A stretch of 64,000 nt of DNA from Fimbriosthenelais zetlandica (taxonomy: Eukaryota): assembly GCA_977030845.1 (NCBI GenBank), contig OZ365112.1, forward strand, positions 18,166,001-18,230,000. The letters are read 5' to 3'. Shown in pieces: positions 51,542-64,000 of the stretch. A program made the translations under genes and the position numbers. The first letter of the stretch is position 1, and each line of letters opens with the position of its first letter. The notes under the pieces were generated by a model. That model was not told the DNA's origin. It saw nothing but the letters and a program-made list of their open reading frames with translations, and did no database searches.

Positions 51542-54500
51542 CATTGAGATTTGTTATCTGAATACAAAACATGGAAACCCGTTAGAAACACATGGAAATA
51601 TTATAAAAACATCAAACATGCAGAAACGTATCAAACATGCAGAAAAACATGACATAAAATGATGAATTGAAAGAACAGTGAGAATATGGAGCTTAATGTG
51701 TATACCTGCCATATGGTTCAGAGGATAAATGAATAGGGCTTATATTAGGTGGATAATAATATCAGAATGACATATTGGATGCGGGCAATGGATCTGAGCA
51801 GGTCACTGAGGGGCGTGGGATATATAGAATCAGAGTAGGTTTGGTTGAATTCCCAGGTCTGCCAAACGATTTTAAAAAACTGACTGACATCCTAAGTATT
51901 CTTTACGTGGCACGTGTTCTGCTATAGAAACATGTGCCGAAAGACGTCAATGTGTAAAAAGAGGAGAATTTGTGTGATAGTGGGGGTGATGAAGGAAGGC
52001 AGGAAAAAGAGAAATTATTAGATCTTATAGTGTACCATATAAGCTCCTAAAAACTCATAAAATAATTTAACATCACATATGTTGAACATAAAAAGTAACA
52101 CTTAAAATGTAAAAACAAACAACAAAGTGGAACAGTGAACTTAAACATAGAACGGCAACGTAGAACAACTTATTCTAACATTATTATCTATATATGTACC
52201 ATTTTAACATTGAGTGTGCAGATGATCATGCTGAAGCTATTCTTGGTGAAGGCCTATTTCTTGGAGCTGAGCTATCTTTCTGGAGCGCACAAACTCGCCT
52301 CCAGACTCCAGACTGGAGAAAATCACGCCAATAAAAAGCATGCCCGATGGCAGTGATGTAAACGCAAAAGAAAGCACGATTGATTTGTTACTATTTTGGG
52401 TCGGCCTGACTTCCGATGAGGCCGGGAAACAGAAGGCATGGTCAGGATAAGAGTAAGTGAAGCGATGGATGACCCAGTCATCATAGGAAGCAGTTAGTAA
52501 GTGAGTTAGTCTTTATTTTTTTGTTAGAAATTGAAATGTTATCTGAAACAATACTATTATGTACAGCCTCGATTAATAGATTGGACCATACCCAATTTCG
52601 GTCTCAAACAATAGACGTTATCCAGATCTACACCACTGTTTGAATTACCTGAGAAGAGTGAACCGTATTGTATGTTGATCTATTTTACATGCATTTAAAT
52701 CTCTCTCGTACCATATGGTACGAGATGCCACCAAAGGTAAATACTATCATAGAAAAATTCTTTCTGCCCTTTTCACCCTTAGACCTCATAAAATGTCTTG
52801 CGCAGGGAAGCTTGTAAAGGGAAAACGCAAAAAGGAAAACTCGCTGTTAGCAGTAAAGCAATAATTGGCCCTCTAGCTGATTTCATTCCAACTTATCAGA
52901 ACATGCCACTTCCTCGTGAGTTCACGCCAGTCCTCGTCAGTTCATTCTTCTTTGATCATTTGTTTCCGCATCAAATATTTAGAAGGGAACTTTTAGCTTC
53001 CTTCAACTTTTTACTCAAGCAGCCAGAGTTTGCTGGCATACTCCCCACGGAATCGGCTTTAGTTCTGACATGGCTCGTCCATTCCTACCGGGAATCCTAG
53101 CTCTTTTAGCTCCAAGGGGGAGGTATTTTTTTTTTAAAGATTTCAACTACTATTAGTTTTTGTTTACTCCGAGGAAAGTCATGTTTAAGTTGAAGCGTAT
53201 GATTGCTCGGTCTCATCAATACTGGTATCTGTTGTGGGCAAGGCTTGTAGCATGTATGGCCTTGTCTGTGCCTGTACAGGTCTTCAAACTTTCCTTGACC
53301 AACAGTTGCCATCTTCGGGGTAAGGTAGGGATCAATCAATTTAAGCAGAGGGGGAAGGTTGAAGCTACTTCCTGCCACTCCATTCCCCCTGACGGATCAT
53401 GTGACTAGTCACGTGATAGTCAGCATCCACCTTGCCTTTGAAGAGGGCCTTGTAGACGGTCAAGTCTAGTACTGTTTAATGTGGTCTTTTAAGACCAAAG
53501 TCACAAGGTCACTCAGTAATACTGTATGTGGCACCAATTTCTCTCATACACAAATTTCACTCATCAAGACCTTATAGCCCAAATCTCATTGAAACCACAT
53601 TGATAAATGTGACATTTATAATCTAATGAAAAGTACATTCCAATAGGAGACGAACATTCTTTATGGTTTAGTTTCAGTGCGTAATACATGGACATCTATT
53701 TTTCATAGCTACTTCTATATCGAAAGCAGAGGAGAAAAGAGATAGAAGCATTGCTAAATTAGATTAGTTCTTAACTCCTTTCACAGGGAACCAGCCTAAT
53801 GCATCAATGACCAATGAATCAACAGGAGGAAGAGAAAACAAGCCGGCTACAAGTAAGGCTTCCCCAGCACCAGGTCCCCTAATGGCTGGAAAGTAGATGT
53901 GTGGGTGTGCGACTGCTGGAAAATCATGATTTTTTCACTCACTGAAAGAGCCAATATTGAGCTCTCCTTCCTCGCGACAATTTCAATAAAGGAAGGCCTG
54001 GACCAGATGGATGTTGTCTGCCACTAAAGCAAAATCACAAAAAAAACCTACTGCTTCTATCTTTGAGGCCATGCAACAGTTCGGCATCGGTGTGAGAAAT
54101 TTAAATTAAGAACCGGTTAATTCTTCTGGTCTGGATAATTTCATAATATAATTTCATGGTTACTACTACTTGCTCATTGGGAACACAAGTGACCTTCCAT
54201 TTTGTCATCTCATCTCGGTAGGATCCGGACAAAAGACGATGAAAGTGCATCACTTAGTGCTAAGATGAAAGGGTGGGGTAAGGCTATATTAGTGCTTTCA
54301 ATCGCCTAAGTTCCTGTACTGTTTTGCCCCGCCCATAGAATGGCATTTGTAAAACTCTTGCTAGAATATCAAAAGCCCCAACCATCTGATACATGTACTA
54401 AGAGAACAGAATCGAACTACAAAACTTGTAACGTCCTCATTACATATAACCAGAAGCTGGTAGTCTGCTGGGTGAGATGAGCTACAGACAGGGTTATACA

Positions 54501-57500
54501 GTTCTCGCGTGTTCATAAAAGCCGCCTGTTGAGGATATCCTTTGATCTTTGCAATTGGTGATATGAGAAGTACATAGCCTACACACGATCAGACATGTTT
54601 AATCATAACTCTGTACGCAACGAACTCATTCTTATTCATATTTCACGGGAAGGAAAAGAAGCATGTTGGCCTAAGTGGACCATGTGGTTAGGATATTTGG
54701 CTTGAGCTGCTTACAATGGAGACAACAGGATGCAAATGAGGTATAATTATGATCACAATAGATAGCACACCACACATGATAGTTAAAATGTTAACTTACC
54801 ATAGAGCAGTGCTATGCCTCGGGCACTACAGCCTGCTTCACATCGTTAGAACTGATGAATTATCTGCAAGAAAGAAAAAGAGACATTTAAAACCAAGTCA
54901 AACAAGAAACCGAAACACATTTAAATGCTGATGGAAGAACTAAATAACATGCGCAATAGTTTTAAGACACATCACATCATGCATCCATCGGACCTCAATT
55001 GCGGAAGAGATTTTGTGGCGGCATGCCAATAAAATGTTCCCCTGTGAAAAAAACAATGCGGGGTTTCTGGTGAGCAGAGTCATGCGAGACGATTAGTGCT
55101 ATCCCTCACTGATAGAGGCGGGTTCCTCAGGGGGAAAAACCAGAAATGAGGGAGTCCATCATGGATGACTGTTCCTAGGTGGTTACCATGTAATAGGGGT
55201 GGGTTAAGTCAGGACTGAAGTGTTGGAAACAAGGATATGGGTGGGTTGAAAGGAAAATGTTCATCAAGTCCTCAACCTATAATCCTGGAATCATAGCCAA
55301 ATTGACGTCATCATTTCAAATGCTCGGTCTGTAAAACGGATGAAGCTACGGGATATTATAGAGAAGGGCATGATGGCATTTAACATCCCGAGGCTTTTAA
55401 CTCGAAAGGTGATTGAAAACCTCTCTACCACTTTTGAATTTAAAAGTTTGACCAAGGCTTAATATAAAGACCTCTGATGACAGGGGAATTGCAGGAAATT
55501 TAACTTGCTGGGTTAGATTTAAGGGAGTGATGCAGTCCAATTACAATTATGTACTTAAGCTTAATTTTATCCGGAGATCCATCAGGCATCACCAACGCCC
55601 CTGGTGCTCGCCTTGATGCTAATCTCAACAGATCCGTAAAGCTTTATTAATCTGTGTCAACTTCCGCTGCTCTAATCTCCTCCCTATGTCATGTGACCGA
55701 GACAGGCAAGGGCAGAGCTAAAAATAGCAGAAGAGCAATTTATAGACCAGCTCGTCAGAAAAACAGAGTATGTTGTGATAAGCTCATCTCTGAGACCCTT
55801 AATCCGACAGCTGATAGTGATAAGAACATGACCATTAACCCAACATATACATTCAAGCAAATTATGAAAAATAATGAATTGGAAAACCAGCCAACGGATA
55901 TTTGTCTCTATATAAAACTGCACCTGAAATTCTGTCGTCATAATGCCTACAGCAAATATGAATTTCCATATACCACTTACAGTTAGTCAACAACTGTCAT
56001 AACACTAGATGTATTTTTTCCGTGTTAGACAAGAGAATCAAATATATTCAAAATAGCCAACTGCTATGCATGTTCGGTAAATCTATATATATTTGTGGAA
56101 AATTAGCTACACTAAATATCCAACTATGAGACAGAACTTGTGTTAAGGCCCATGGTAAATAACCAGTTCCTGCAGGAAAAGTGCCACACTTTGGCATAGG
56201 AGACACTTCAGTGGAAGCTATAACCTCAGCCTGAACTGTACTTGACCTGGTGGTGAGCCATGGTGATGTTAATTGCTTTTAATCACCACCAGGATCCCTT
56301 ACATTGCCTACTCTCTCATGACTACTGGTTAGACAGACAAAGGTCTCATTATGTGAGAACTCTGACCCACTTTTTAACATCCAACTGACCTGGCAAAAGT
56401 GCACGCCCTTGTACCTGTTTCATGCAGGTCCATAAGGCCCGGGCGATTAAGCATTTATTGCCCCTGGGACTATTAGCATTAGAGAGGTAATTGTTAGAGG
56501 AGCATGGTGGCATGGGGAAATGCGTGGCTTGTCAGCCATCAGAACAAGCAACTTCATTATCCGCTAACTTCAGTGCGCTTTCCCTTCTACACTGTTCTTG
56601 CAAAATCTACCATCACATATTTTTATCATCAATCTAGTATACAAATTCTGCATCCTGTTGCTACCCCCCACCATCGGAATGTATTCATAATTCAAACGGA
56701 TTGATGTAAGTGAAAGTTGATCTGTGCGTGCATGATGCCACGGGTGGCCGGGAACACTGTGGATCATGTGAGACAGGCAAAGTTCAATATATATAGACTC
56801 AACAAATGATAGCCACCTAATATCACCGAGTCATGTAATCTGCGTCATTTCCATCGACCATGTAGACACTAAATTGAAAAGCCTATACATAGCAAGTTAA
56901 TGAAAAGTAATAAGGCATCATTTGTATCATTTGCGCCAAAGTCGTGAGCAACAAGGACTGCGAAGATAAATTTTTAGAAATAAAAAATTGAGTGACTCTT
57001 TGAGTTGGAAGTGGAAGGGGATCTTTAGAAGGAATTGATTATTGCCAAATAGGGAAATGTTCCAGCTCTGATAGGGTGCGTGGAGGAAAGAGATTGTTGG
57101 GTCCATATTGATCTTAAAAGACTCTGGCCTCAAACCATTCTAATTACACTAAACATGGCTTGATTACTGCCTCTCTAGCTGGCAGCTCTGTAGGACAAAG
57201 AACAGGAATTGGTAAGTTCACCAAGACACTACACATTGATGCAAAGCTTCAAACTTAGATGTTGCCAACACGTTAAGATCTATATAAGAATCTATTTTCT
57301 GAATCACAAAGACTGACAGATAAGAAGCAAAAATTGTCCCAAATTTCATGAGTCACATGAGTGGATGATGCATACTGCACAAATCAATGTAAGCTGGGAT
57401 TAATACTGATATTTATCAGAATTTTAAAGAGATGATATAAATTAAGTCTATGTACACATTCCCATATGAAAATTAAATTCTGATGACAACTCAAATCTGC

Positions 57501-57694
57501 TGACGAAATAACTACATGATGAAACAATACATAAATATGCTACAGAGGATTCCAGTCATGAGAACCCTCTGTGTGTGGGTAGTGTCTGTCCAGCAATGAG
57601 AACAAATCACAGAGAATTTGGCCATATCTCACGGTCCTCAGTGAGAACATATGCACACACTTGCCTCCTGAGTCTCTCACCTCACCACCAGGTA

Positions 57695-57738
57695 TTCCTC
57701 CTCCTTCTCCTCTTCCTCCACCTCTTCTTCCTCCTCCT
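57695..57738. repeat. Imperfect (TCC)n polypyrimidine tract
   Basis: ttcctcctccttctcctcttcctccacctcttcttcctcctcct. Confidence 0.8.
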
Positions 57739-60700
57739 ACGGGTTTATATAATCCTTTATTTCAGCCCCTGTCTGAGTGACTGTGCTTCTTGGTGGCGGC
57801 TGCTTGGTAGCGTAGCATAAAGCAGTCTGGGATGCGATCCATGCTGGGCATATCTTAAATCCATACTCACCCACCACACTGTAAACCAGCTTGCCCACCC
57901 CAGGTGAGTAGATCTGTTTGTGGATCACAACTCACTGCTCACTCACTCATTGACTGAGTAGCTCGCAGGGTGAATACGAGCAGTGTCGTGATGCGACCAA
58001 CTCACGGCCGGCACTCGAGTCACATACACACACACTGTCTCCTGGCCTGTGTAGCACAAACTGTGACTGCATGAGCTGGTGGGAAACAGATGCAAGTGTC
58101 TGCTCTTACAGCCACCGTAAATGCTGCTGCAGCTGTTCTATGAGCAGCAGCTAAAACAGCCACAGCAGCTGAGGCTGGAGCAGGAAGAGGCTGAAGATAC
58201 TGTGGCCCACAATCACCATATTCCCCTGGCTGGTGTAACAAAGGAATGTAGGGGCAACATGTATGTCCCGCTAATTGCCTTCCATTTTCTTCTGTTGATT
58301 ATTCAGAGCAGTAATAAGAAGGCAATTGCTGTTATGATAAGTTACATAACTTATGATCACCAGGGCAGGACCTTTTGTACTTTTTTCACGGCACCTCGTC
58401 AGTTGAGGCAATGACTCAATGCTCCAGGGGTATATATCAACTCACCTTAATGATATGGGGTGATTAATGGACATGATTCTCAACAATAATCCACAATGTA
58501 CAGATGCATTGGGTTATAGGCTCTGTCGCCTAAATAAAAGTCATAATAACATTGCATGTGATGACATAAATCTACGGTTTTAGGAGGGTTCTAAGCCGTT
58601 ATGAGACAATTCTAGTGACTAAAACATTGTCTAGTATAGTCGAGTACAACATGAGAACATCAGTGGGATATTTTGAAGCTACTAAGGCCAGCAATGTCCT
58701 ACTCTTAACTACCATCAGCAGACACAATATGTACATAATAGAAGGGTTATGAACATGCGAGTGGAACTAAAGTAACAGATTTATGTATCTCCGCTGGACA
58801 GAATAGCCCAATCTCACAACAAAAGTCCATATACACAGGCCATAGAGAGAGGCGAGGCATGTAAAAGAGCACTATCAAGGGCAACAAAGAACTACATGTA
58901 GTATAAATCACAGAACATTAAGTTAATATCTCCCACTGTGTACTGAGTTGCTCACATGAAGCCAAGACTGAGTGGTCCAATTTTTTTTTCAAACAACCAA
59001 TGTGTATTCTACACATAATGTAGGCTACACTACCAATGGTTCACGCATATTAAAGTTTTGGGTTGGAACTTTATGAGCCTGTGAAGGCCATGACGTTGAA
59101 GTCCAATCAGTAGGAATATCCCTCACACACACTGCCAGGATAAAGACTCACACCAAAGCACGCCAGACAAGTGAATCTGATCAGCAGGTGGTGCTAGTGA
59201 TAGTCATGCCTCACTGGACCCTATTATTGCTCACAGTATTTGGTCTCTGGCAGTTAAGTGTGCTTCCCTCCACAAATCAATGCTTTACAATGAGACATCC
59301 TAATTCCAGGCAAATTATGGATATATAAGAATTGTTTTAAATAATACTAATATTATGTAATATTGTATGTTTCCTATGGTTTCCAAACCATATAATGCTA
59401 CTTTTATTAGGGAAAAGGGCCTGTATTGTATACCACTGAGCCGAATCCCTGTACTACGGCCAGGAGACCAAGAAAAGATTCTCACACCTATACACATGGT
59501 GATATGTTTACCTGTACAAGAAAGCAGCCTCAACAAATGAGAAGGAACAATAGAGGGTGTGGTAACATTGATCAGTTCACGACTAGATGGGCTGGACTGA
59601 CGTCTCTGGTATATTATTTATACAGCGTCTTCTGTGGCCAGTTCTCGCCTATAGAAATATACTGGTCGAAAAGGAACATGAGAAGGCCGTACCAAGGTAA
59701 CTTACCAATGGATTAATATAATATAAAATGTGGAAGCGTACAAAATATTCAATATAATATGAATGAATTGAATATGCGTTACATTGGAATCTCTGGACTG
59801 CGCATACCGCTATATCTCAATCACTATGGTGGCAGTAAATTAAATACAAGGAGATTTACTCCCAAAATAATGCCACACATTTTAATTCCTGTCACCGATA
59901 ATGAATGACTGTCATTTCATGCTGACAGATAATTCAGGCTTATAACGAGCCCTCTGGTATTGAAATCTAATCTTGCTAGGTTATAAACAAGGAGGCTGGC
60001 CGTTTTTAGACCGTGGAGTAGTGTAGAATAGGGTTTATCACTCCCCGGGGTGGGTATTACCATGTGATCCATGTAACTGACTCCCACGGCGAGGAAAAAT
60101 GATTCTCATAAATATAGACATCACGCTTATTACCACTGCCATGTATAGACTGGCCGGAAAATTGGCAGAGAGTGGGAAACAAAGACTCGCTTTCTAGTGC
60201 CTTAATTATATTTTTATAGTTTTAAACCGTCCATGGGCGATTAAAAGTAGCAACAGGTGCAAGGCATATTAATACGAAAGAGGACATCTATACTAACGGC
60301 AGAATTATTATCTTCATCATTCATGATATATTCCGACCTTGTGTATTATACATGTATTTTATATGCAGAAATTTACAATTTCCAGGTAACAGAAGGCCAT
60401 AGATATCAGGTCTTTTTATCTCATCCTAGACAGGAAGGTCATCCAAAACCACTTACAGTTACAATACAGGCATGGTCTGTTTGGAACAGATACCTCAAAC
60501 ATGTAACATGAAGATAGGGCGATACCTTTAGATAATAGTGTATAGTTGAGATTAACACTCAGTGGGATGAATGTGATAAGAATGATGTAACTGAGACAGT
60601 AAGCCTATAGACTGGTAATGTAGTTCATTAATCATTCACTGTCTTATAACATCAGTCTGTCACTGACACAATGGGAGCACGATGTTAGGAACTATAAGCA

Positions 60701-63668
60701 CAGCTGGAGGTGCTATACTTCATTCTCTCTCATACAGTATATGAAGTGAATGGAGGATTAATGTACATGTATCGCTATGTGATGTAATGCTTTGTGCCAT
60801 GAATATACCACCATAATGAAGGATACAGCGGTAATAAAGTCAGCCCCAGGTCTGACATATCTCTTGAAATAAAAGCCAGATTTCGATTATGATCTTCGTA
60901 AATCTGTTTTAAAACTGTCCGAATGAAGACTTATGAGACTCTATATCTTCATAGCTCAAGCATCAAGTATTTCTCTCTCGGATATAGAGTCATATGTCCA
61001 GGGCGACACAGCCTAAATAATGGTTTCCAATGTAAACAGAATGAATGGAACCATCAGCAAGAACGCACACAAGATCGAGTGATTAATGATATGAAACCCC
61101 CTTATCTACCCACATACAGAGCCATATAAATGACCATAATTGTATCAATCTAACAGTGAGATTAAAACACAAGAATATGACAAAGAGAATTAATATCATT
61201 GCATATCATCATGTAAAACCAAGACCTGTTTTGGAAAGCCAGAAGCAGTCGTTGATGCAATACATCTATGGCCTTAGAACCAGCATCTGCCCTTTGTCAG
61301 ATATTTCTTCGACATAAAATAATTAGAAGGTTCTTTGTGGAACTAATTATTAAATAACTCCCCAATAAAAAGACAAGACCAAAGTTTAGATCCCCCTAAT
61401 CTTGACGGTCATCCAAGATTCTACCAGATCAAAGTAACCATTGGGATTGTTTTTGGTGCCCAACGACAATAACAAAACGATTCAGCCTCAGTCCAAATAT
61501 AAAAGTAACACCTAATATTACCCTCGGAAGCTAGCTTAACCTTTCAATGCCAAATGAATAAAAGACAATAAAAGAACAGGCAGCAAAGTGGCGTAGCAAG
61601 GCCCGTGGCCAAAAGGTCGTGTTTTTTCGTCTCTTGCCAATTGAAGATTCTATGTTTGGATCAGAGACAGGCCCAAAAAGATGGTTGGTGGTCGCTGAAA
61701 TTTCTTTGACGACAGTATCATCACACAAAATGGAGAAAAAGATGAGAAAGAAGAACCAGCAAAAAGTGATTCGTTCAAATATCAAATATTCAATATTAGT
61801 GAAAACCTGCGTCATCACAGCTTTAAATAACTCGGGGTTATTTTCCAAAATACTTTAGCTTATTACGACCAAAATTCAATTCATTGTTCGCATAATCTAA
61901 AGTGCTGAAAAATAGATCAGCAAGTAGGCCTACTACGCAGCTTAAATATGCCAATAATCCCAGATGATTATGTCCGTCTATCATTTTTGAAATTGCCCTG
62001 GTGCCAAAGAGCCAAAAATGTGTCAAATCCTGTGTTATAAATTGGGTGTATTGGTGATATACTGGAAGCCAAATGGAGGCATCCTAAGCAGCTGTGCTTG
62101 CCAAATTAATTAGATATTGGGTAACAGCAGGCTTATAGTTCTATCAACGTGTCATAATAATAACAGTAGTTAATCCAGCAATAATACTGAGATGATTGGA
62201 ACATGGGTCATCTGGAAACTATTGATGGAGTCCCTGGGAGAAGTCACCCTGGGGTCCATTGCTTCTGGGCTTCATGCCATATATAATAGATCTATAGGTT
62301 CAAAGCACGGGTGGGGGTTTGTGGGTAAGACAGATCTACACTGTAGATCTAAGATCTGTAGACTACAGATCATAGAAAGAATGGAAATGGAGAGAAAAGG
62401 ACGTGGGCCTGTCAGGTATGGGAAACGAAAACTTACAGAGGGTGAATGAACCTAGCTCCAGAAGAGACGACTGAAGTTAATTTAAAAATACTCTACAAAT
62501 GAAGTCAGGGGCGTGAGGACGGTGGTTTCAATGGGGATCGATAATATTGTACCCCACCCCACACGTGGAGCCAGCTGCCCCACATCCCCTCATCAGTCAG
62601 CTCTCACCAATATTACCATCCACGCCCCTAATCTACCAGACTGGAGATTAGAAATAGCTACATGAAATAACACCCTTATCACAGCACATCTTACAAAAGT
62701 GAAAACCTTGATGTTTTCAAAATATGAATTCTGAGTCATGGGAGTACGATTCCATACAAATACAAAGTACAAAAGAATCACTAAAATTATTCCAAAACAA
62801 GCAGAACATGTGTCTATTTCAGTGCCAATAAAATGAAATAACCATATTGAAGAAAAAAAAAATATACACACGTAAGAATATTTAGAGGGGGCTTAACCTA
62901 TGATCTATTATAACTGAAAGGAAGCATGACGTACAGTAATTCATGTTTGGCATCTGACACGCCCATCTGTCATTGAGCAATGTATCTAAGTGGCTGAAAT
63001 AAAAGTTTACTCTCTATAAAACTCACAGGCTTTTAAGATGAGTTTGACTGTTAACCTGCATCTCGCACCAATTTACTGATGTTTATCTAATCTTCGCACC
63101 AATCTATTGAGAGAAACTTGAGGAACGCCACTTTATAGTGACCTTACATGTAGGCTATCACTCGAGCATGAAATTTTCGAGTCCTTTCACCTCCATTGAC
63201 CTGCACATTCTTTCTTGACTACCCCACTGGAAAAAAGATCTCGGCCAAGCATGATGTTTGCACCTGGGTAATGCGCACTAGATACTTTTGTTTTACATTG
63301 GCATCATGGTCATGAATGTGACAATGGAAAATATCAAAGATAAAAGCATGATTCCCTTGAGCAATTTTGAAAACATTGAAAGTTTGGTGCGGAATAATTA
63401 CTTATTGGCCTGCGCAATACCTGTAATTCACCAACCCACAAAAATACCAATGTTAATCATACTTCAGGGTCCGGCACCTCCTCAGACGGATTGCCATGCA
63501 TCTTGACAGGTGCTCCAGTTGATCTCAAAGAGAATTATTGTCCTCCTTGACAGTAATCGCTGCACTCTAAAATTGGCAACTATGTCCAATATTCCACCCA
63601 ACTCACGTTTTTCTAAATGATTCAGTTCAAGCATCAGAGCTCAGACAAACCCACAGCCCCTATTCCCG

Positions 63669-63669
63669 C

Positions 63670-63698
<29 letters not shown>
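63669..63698. repeat. Poly-C run (30 nt)
   Basis: Read directly from the sequence; homopolymer length may be inexact in the assembly. Confidence 0.9.
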
Positions 63699-63700
<2 letters not shown>

Positions 63701-64000
63701 CTTACTGTCCTCAATACGTCACCTGTCTATAAGATACAAGAACCTCTAAACAAAGAAACCCTCATATAAAACCCGTGTATTTGATCCAAATCGCCGTCAT
63801 GATGTACAACCTGTCCTCCCCATCTACCTTCATCCCACAGCTTCTATGACTTTGGGTAAAGGTATATATCTATGCAAATATTTAGAAATAATGATCGTTA
63901 TAAAATTAAGAGGAACATGAATATTATGTAGCATCTCAGTCAAGCGTCTTGAGTCGAGAGAGCTAATCCCATTAAATGTTACATGAATGAAGTAACTTGA

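Noticed and set aside
59587-59696. Plus-strand 36-codon frame ending at AG|GTAACT
   Set aside because: No downstream exon or homology could be identified, so no gene can be supported.
54790-59710. Strong minus-strand donors (G|GTAAGT at 54,800 and 59,706) as possible 5'-UTR exons of the SOCS-box gene
   Set aside because: An upstream non-coding exon must exist, but sequence alone cannot say which donor is used.
61536-62040. TTAA-CCTTT start suggestive of a piggyBac-type MITE
   Set aside because: No matching inverted terminus found downstream.
1-64000. CRISPR arrays, rRNA/tRNA, known miRNA seeds in hairpins, intact transposase or RT ORFs, prokaryotic operons
   Set aside because: None seen by eye: no regularly spaced repeats, tRNA T-loop/cloverleaf or long TE ORFs. 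tRNAscan-SE, Infernal and RepeatMasker would be needed to exclude degenerate copies.

Overview
Eukaryotic, intron-containing animal DNA. The Axin N-terminus suggests an invertebrate bilaterian, probably a lophotrochozoan (inference). Four protein-coding genes are supported by manual spliced reconstruction. (1) Axin, minus strand: five coding exons from 29,940 to 5,405 encode the tankyrase-binding motifs, RGS domain and GSK3-binding helix. The beta-catenin-binding and DIX exons were not found and presumably lie left of the window. (2) PRELID1, minus strand: one coding exon plus two inferred 5'-UTR exons. (3) RPUSD1, plus strand: four exons, head-to-head with PRELID1. (4) An unnamed two-exon minus-strand gene: about 423 aa, with an MGxxxS myristoylation-type N-terminus, a beta-rich middle region and a C-terminal SOCS box. 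Main non-coding signals: about 4-5-fold enrichment of TCF/LEF sites across the Axin locus; a promoter-like island in Axin intron 3 carrying a phase-compatible candidate alternative first exon; an unexplained phase-0/0 candidate exon near the left end; a decayed copy of PRELID1 exon 1 just downstream of the gene; and an 80-bp TA-flanked foldback element. I saw no rRNA, tRNA, CRISPR array or intact transposase/reverse transcriptase ORF. All counts and alignments were done by eye.
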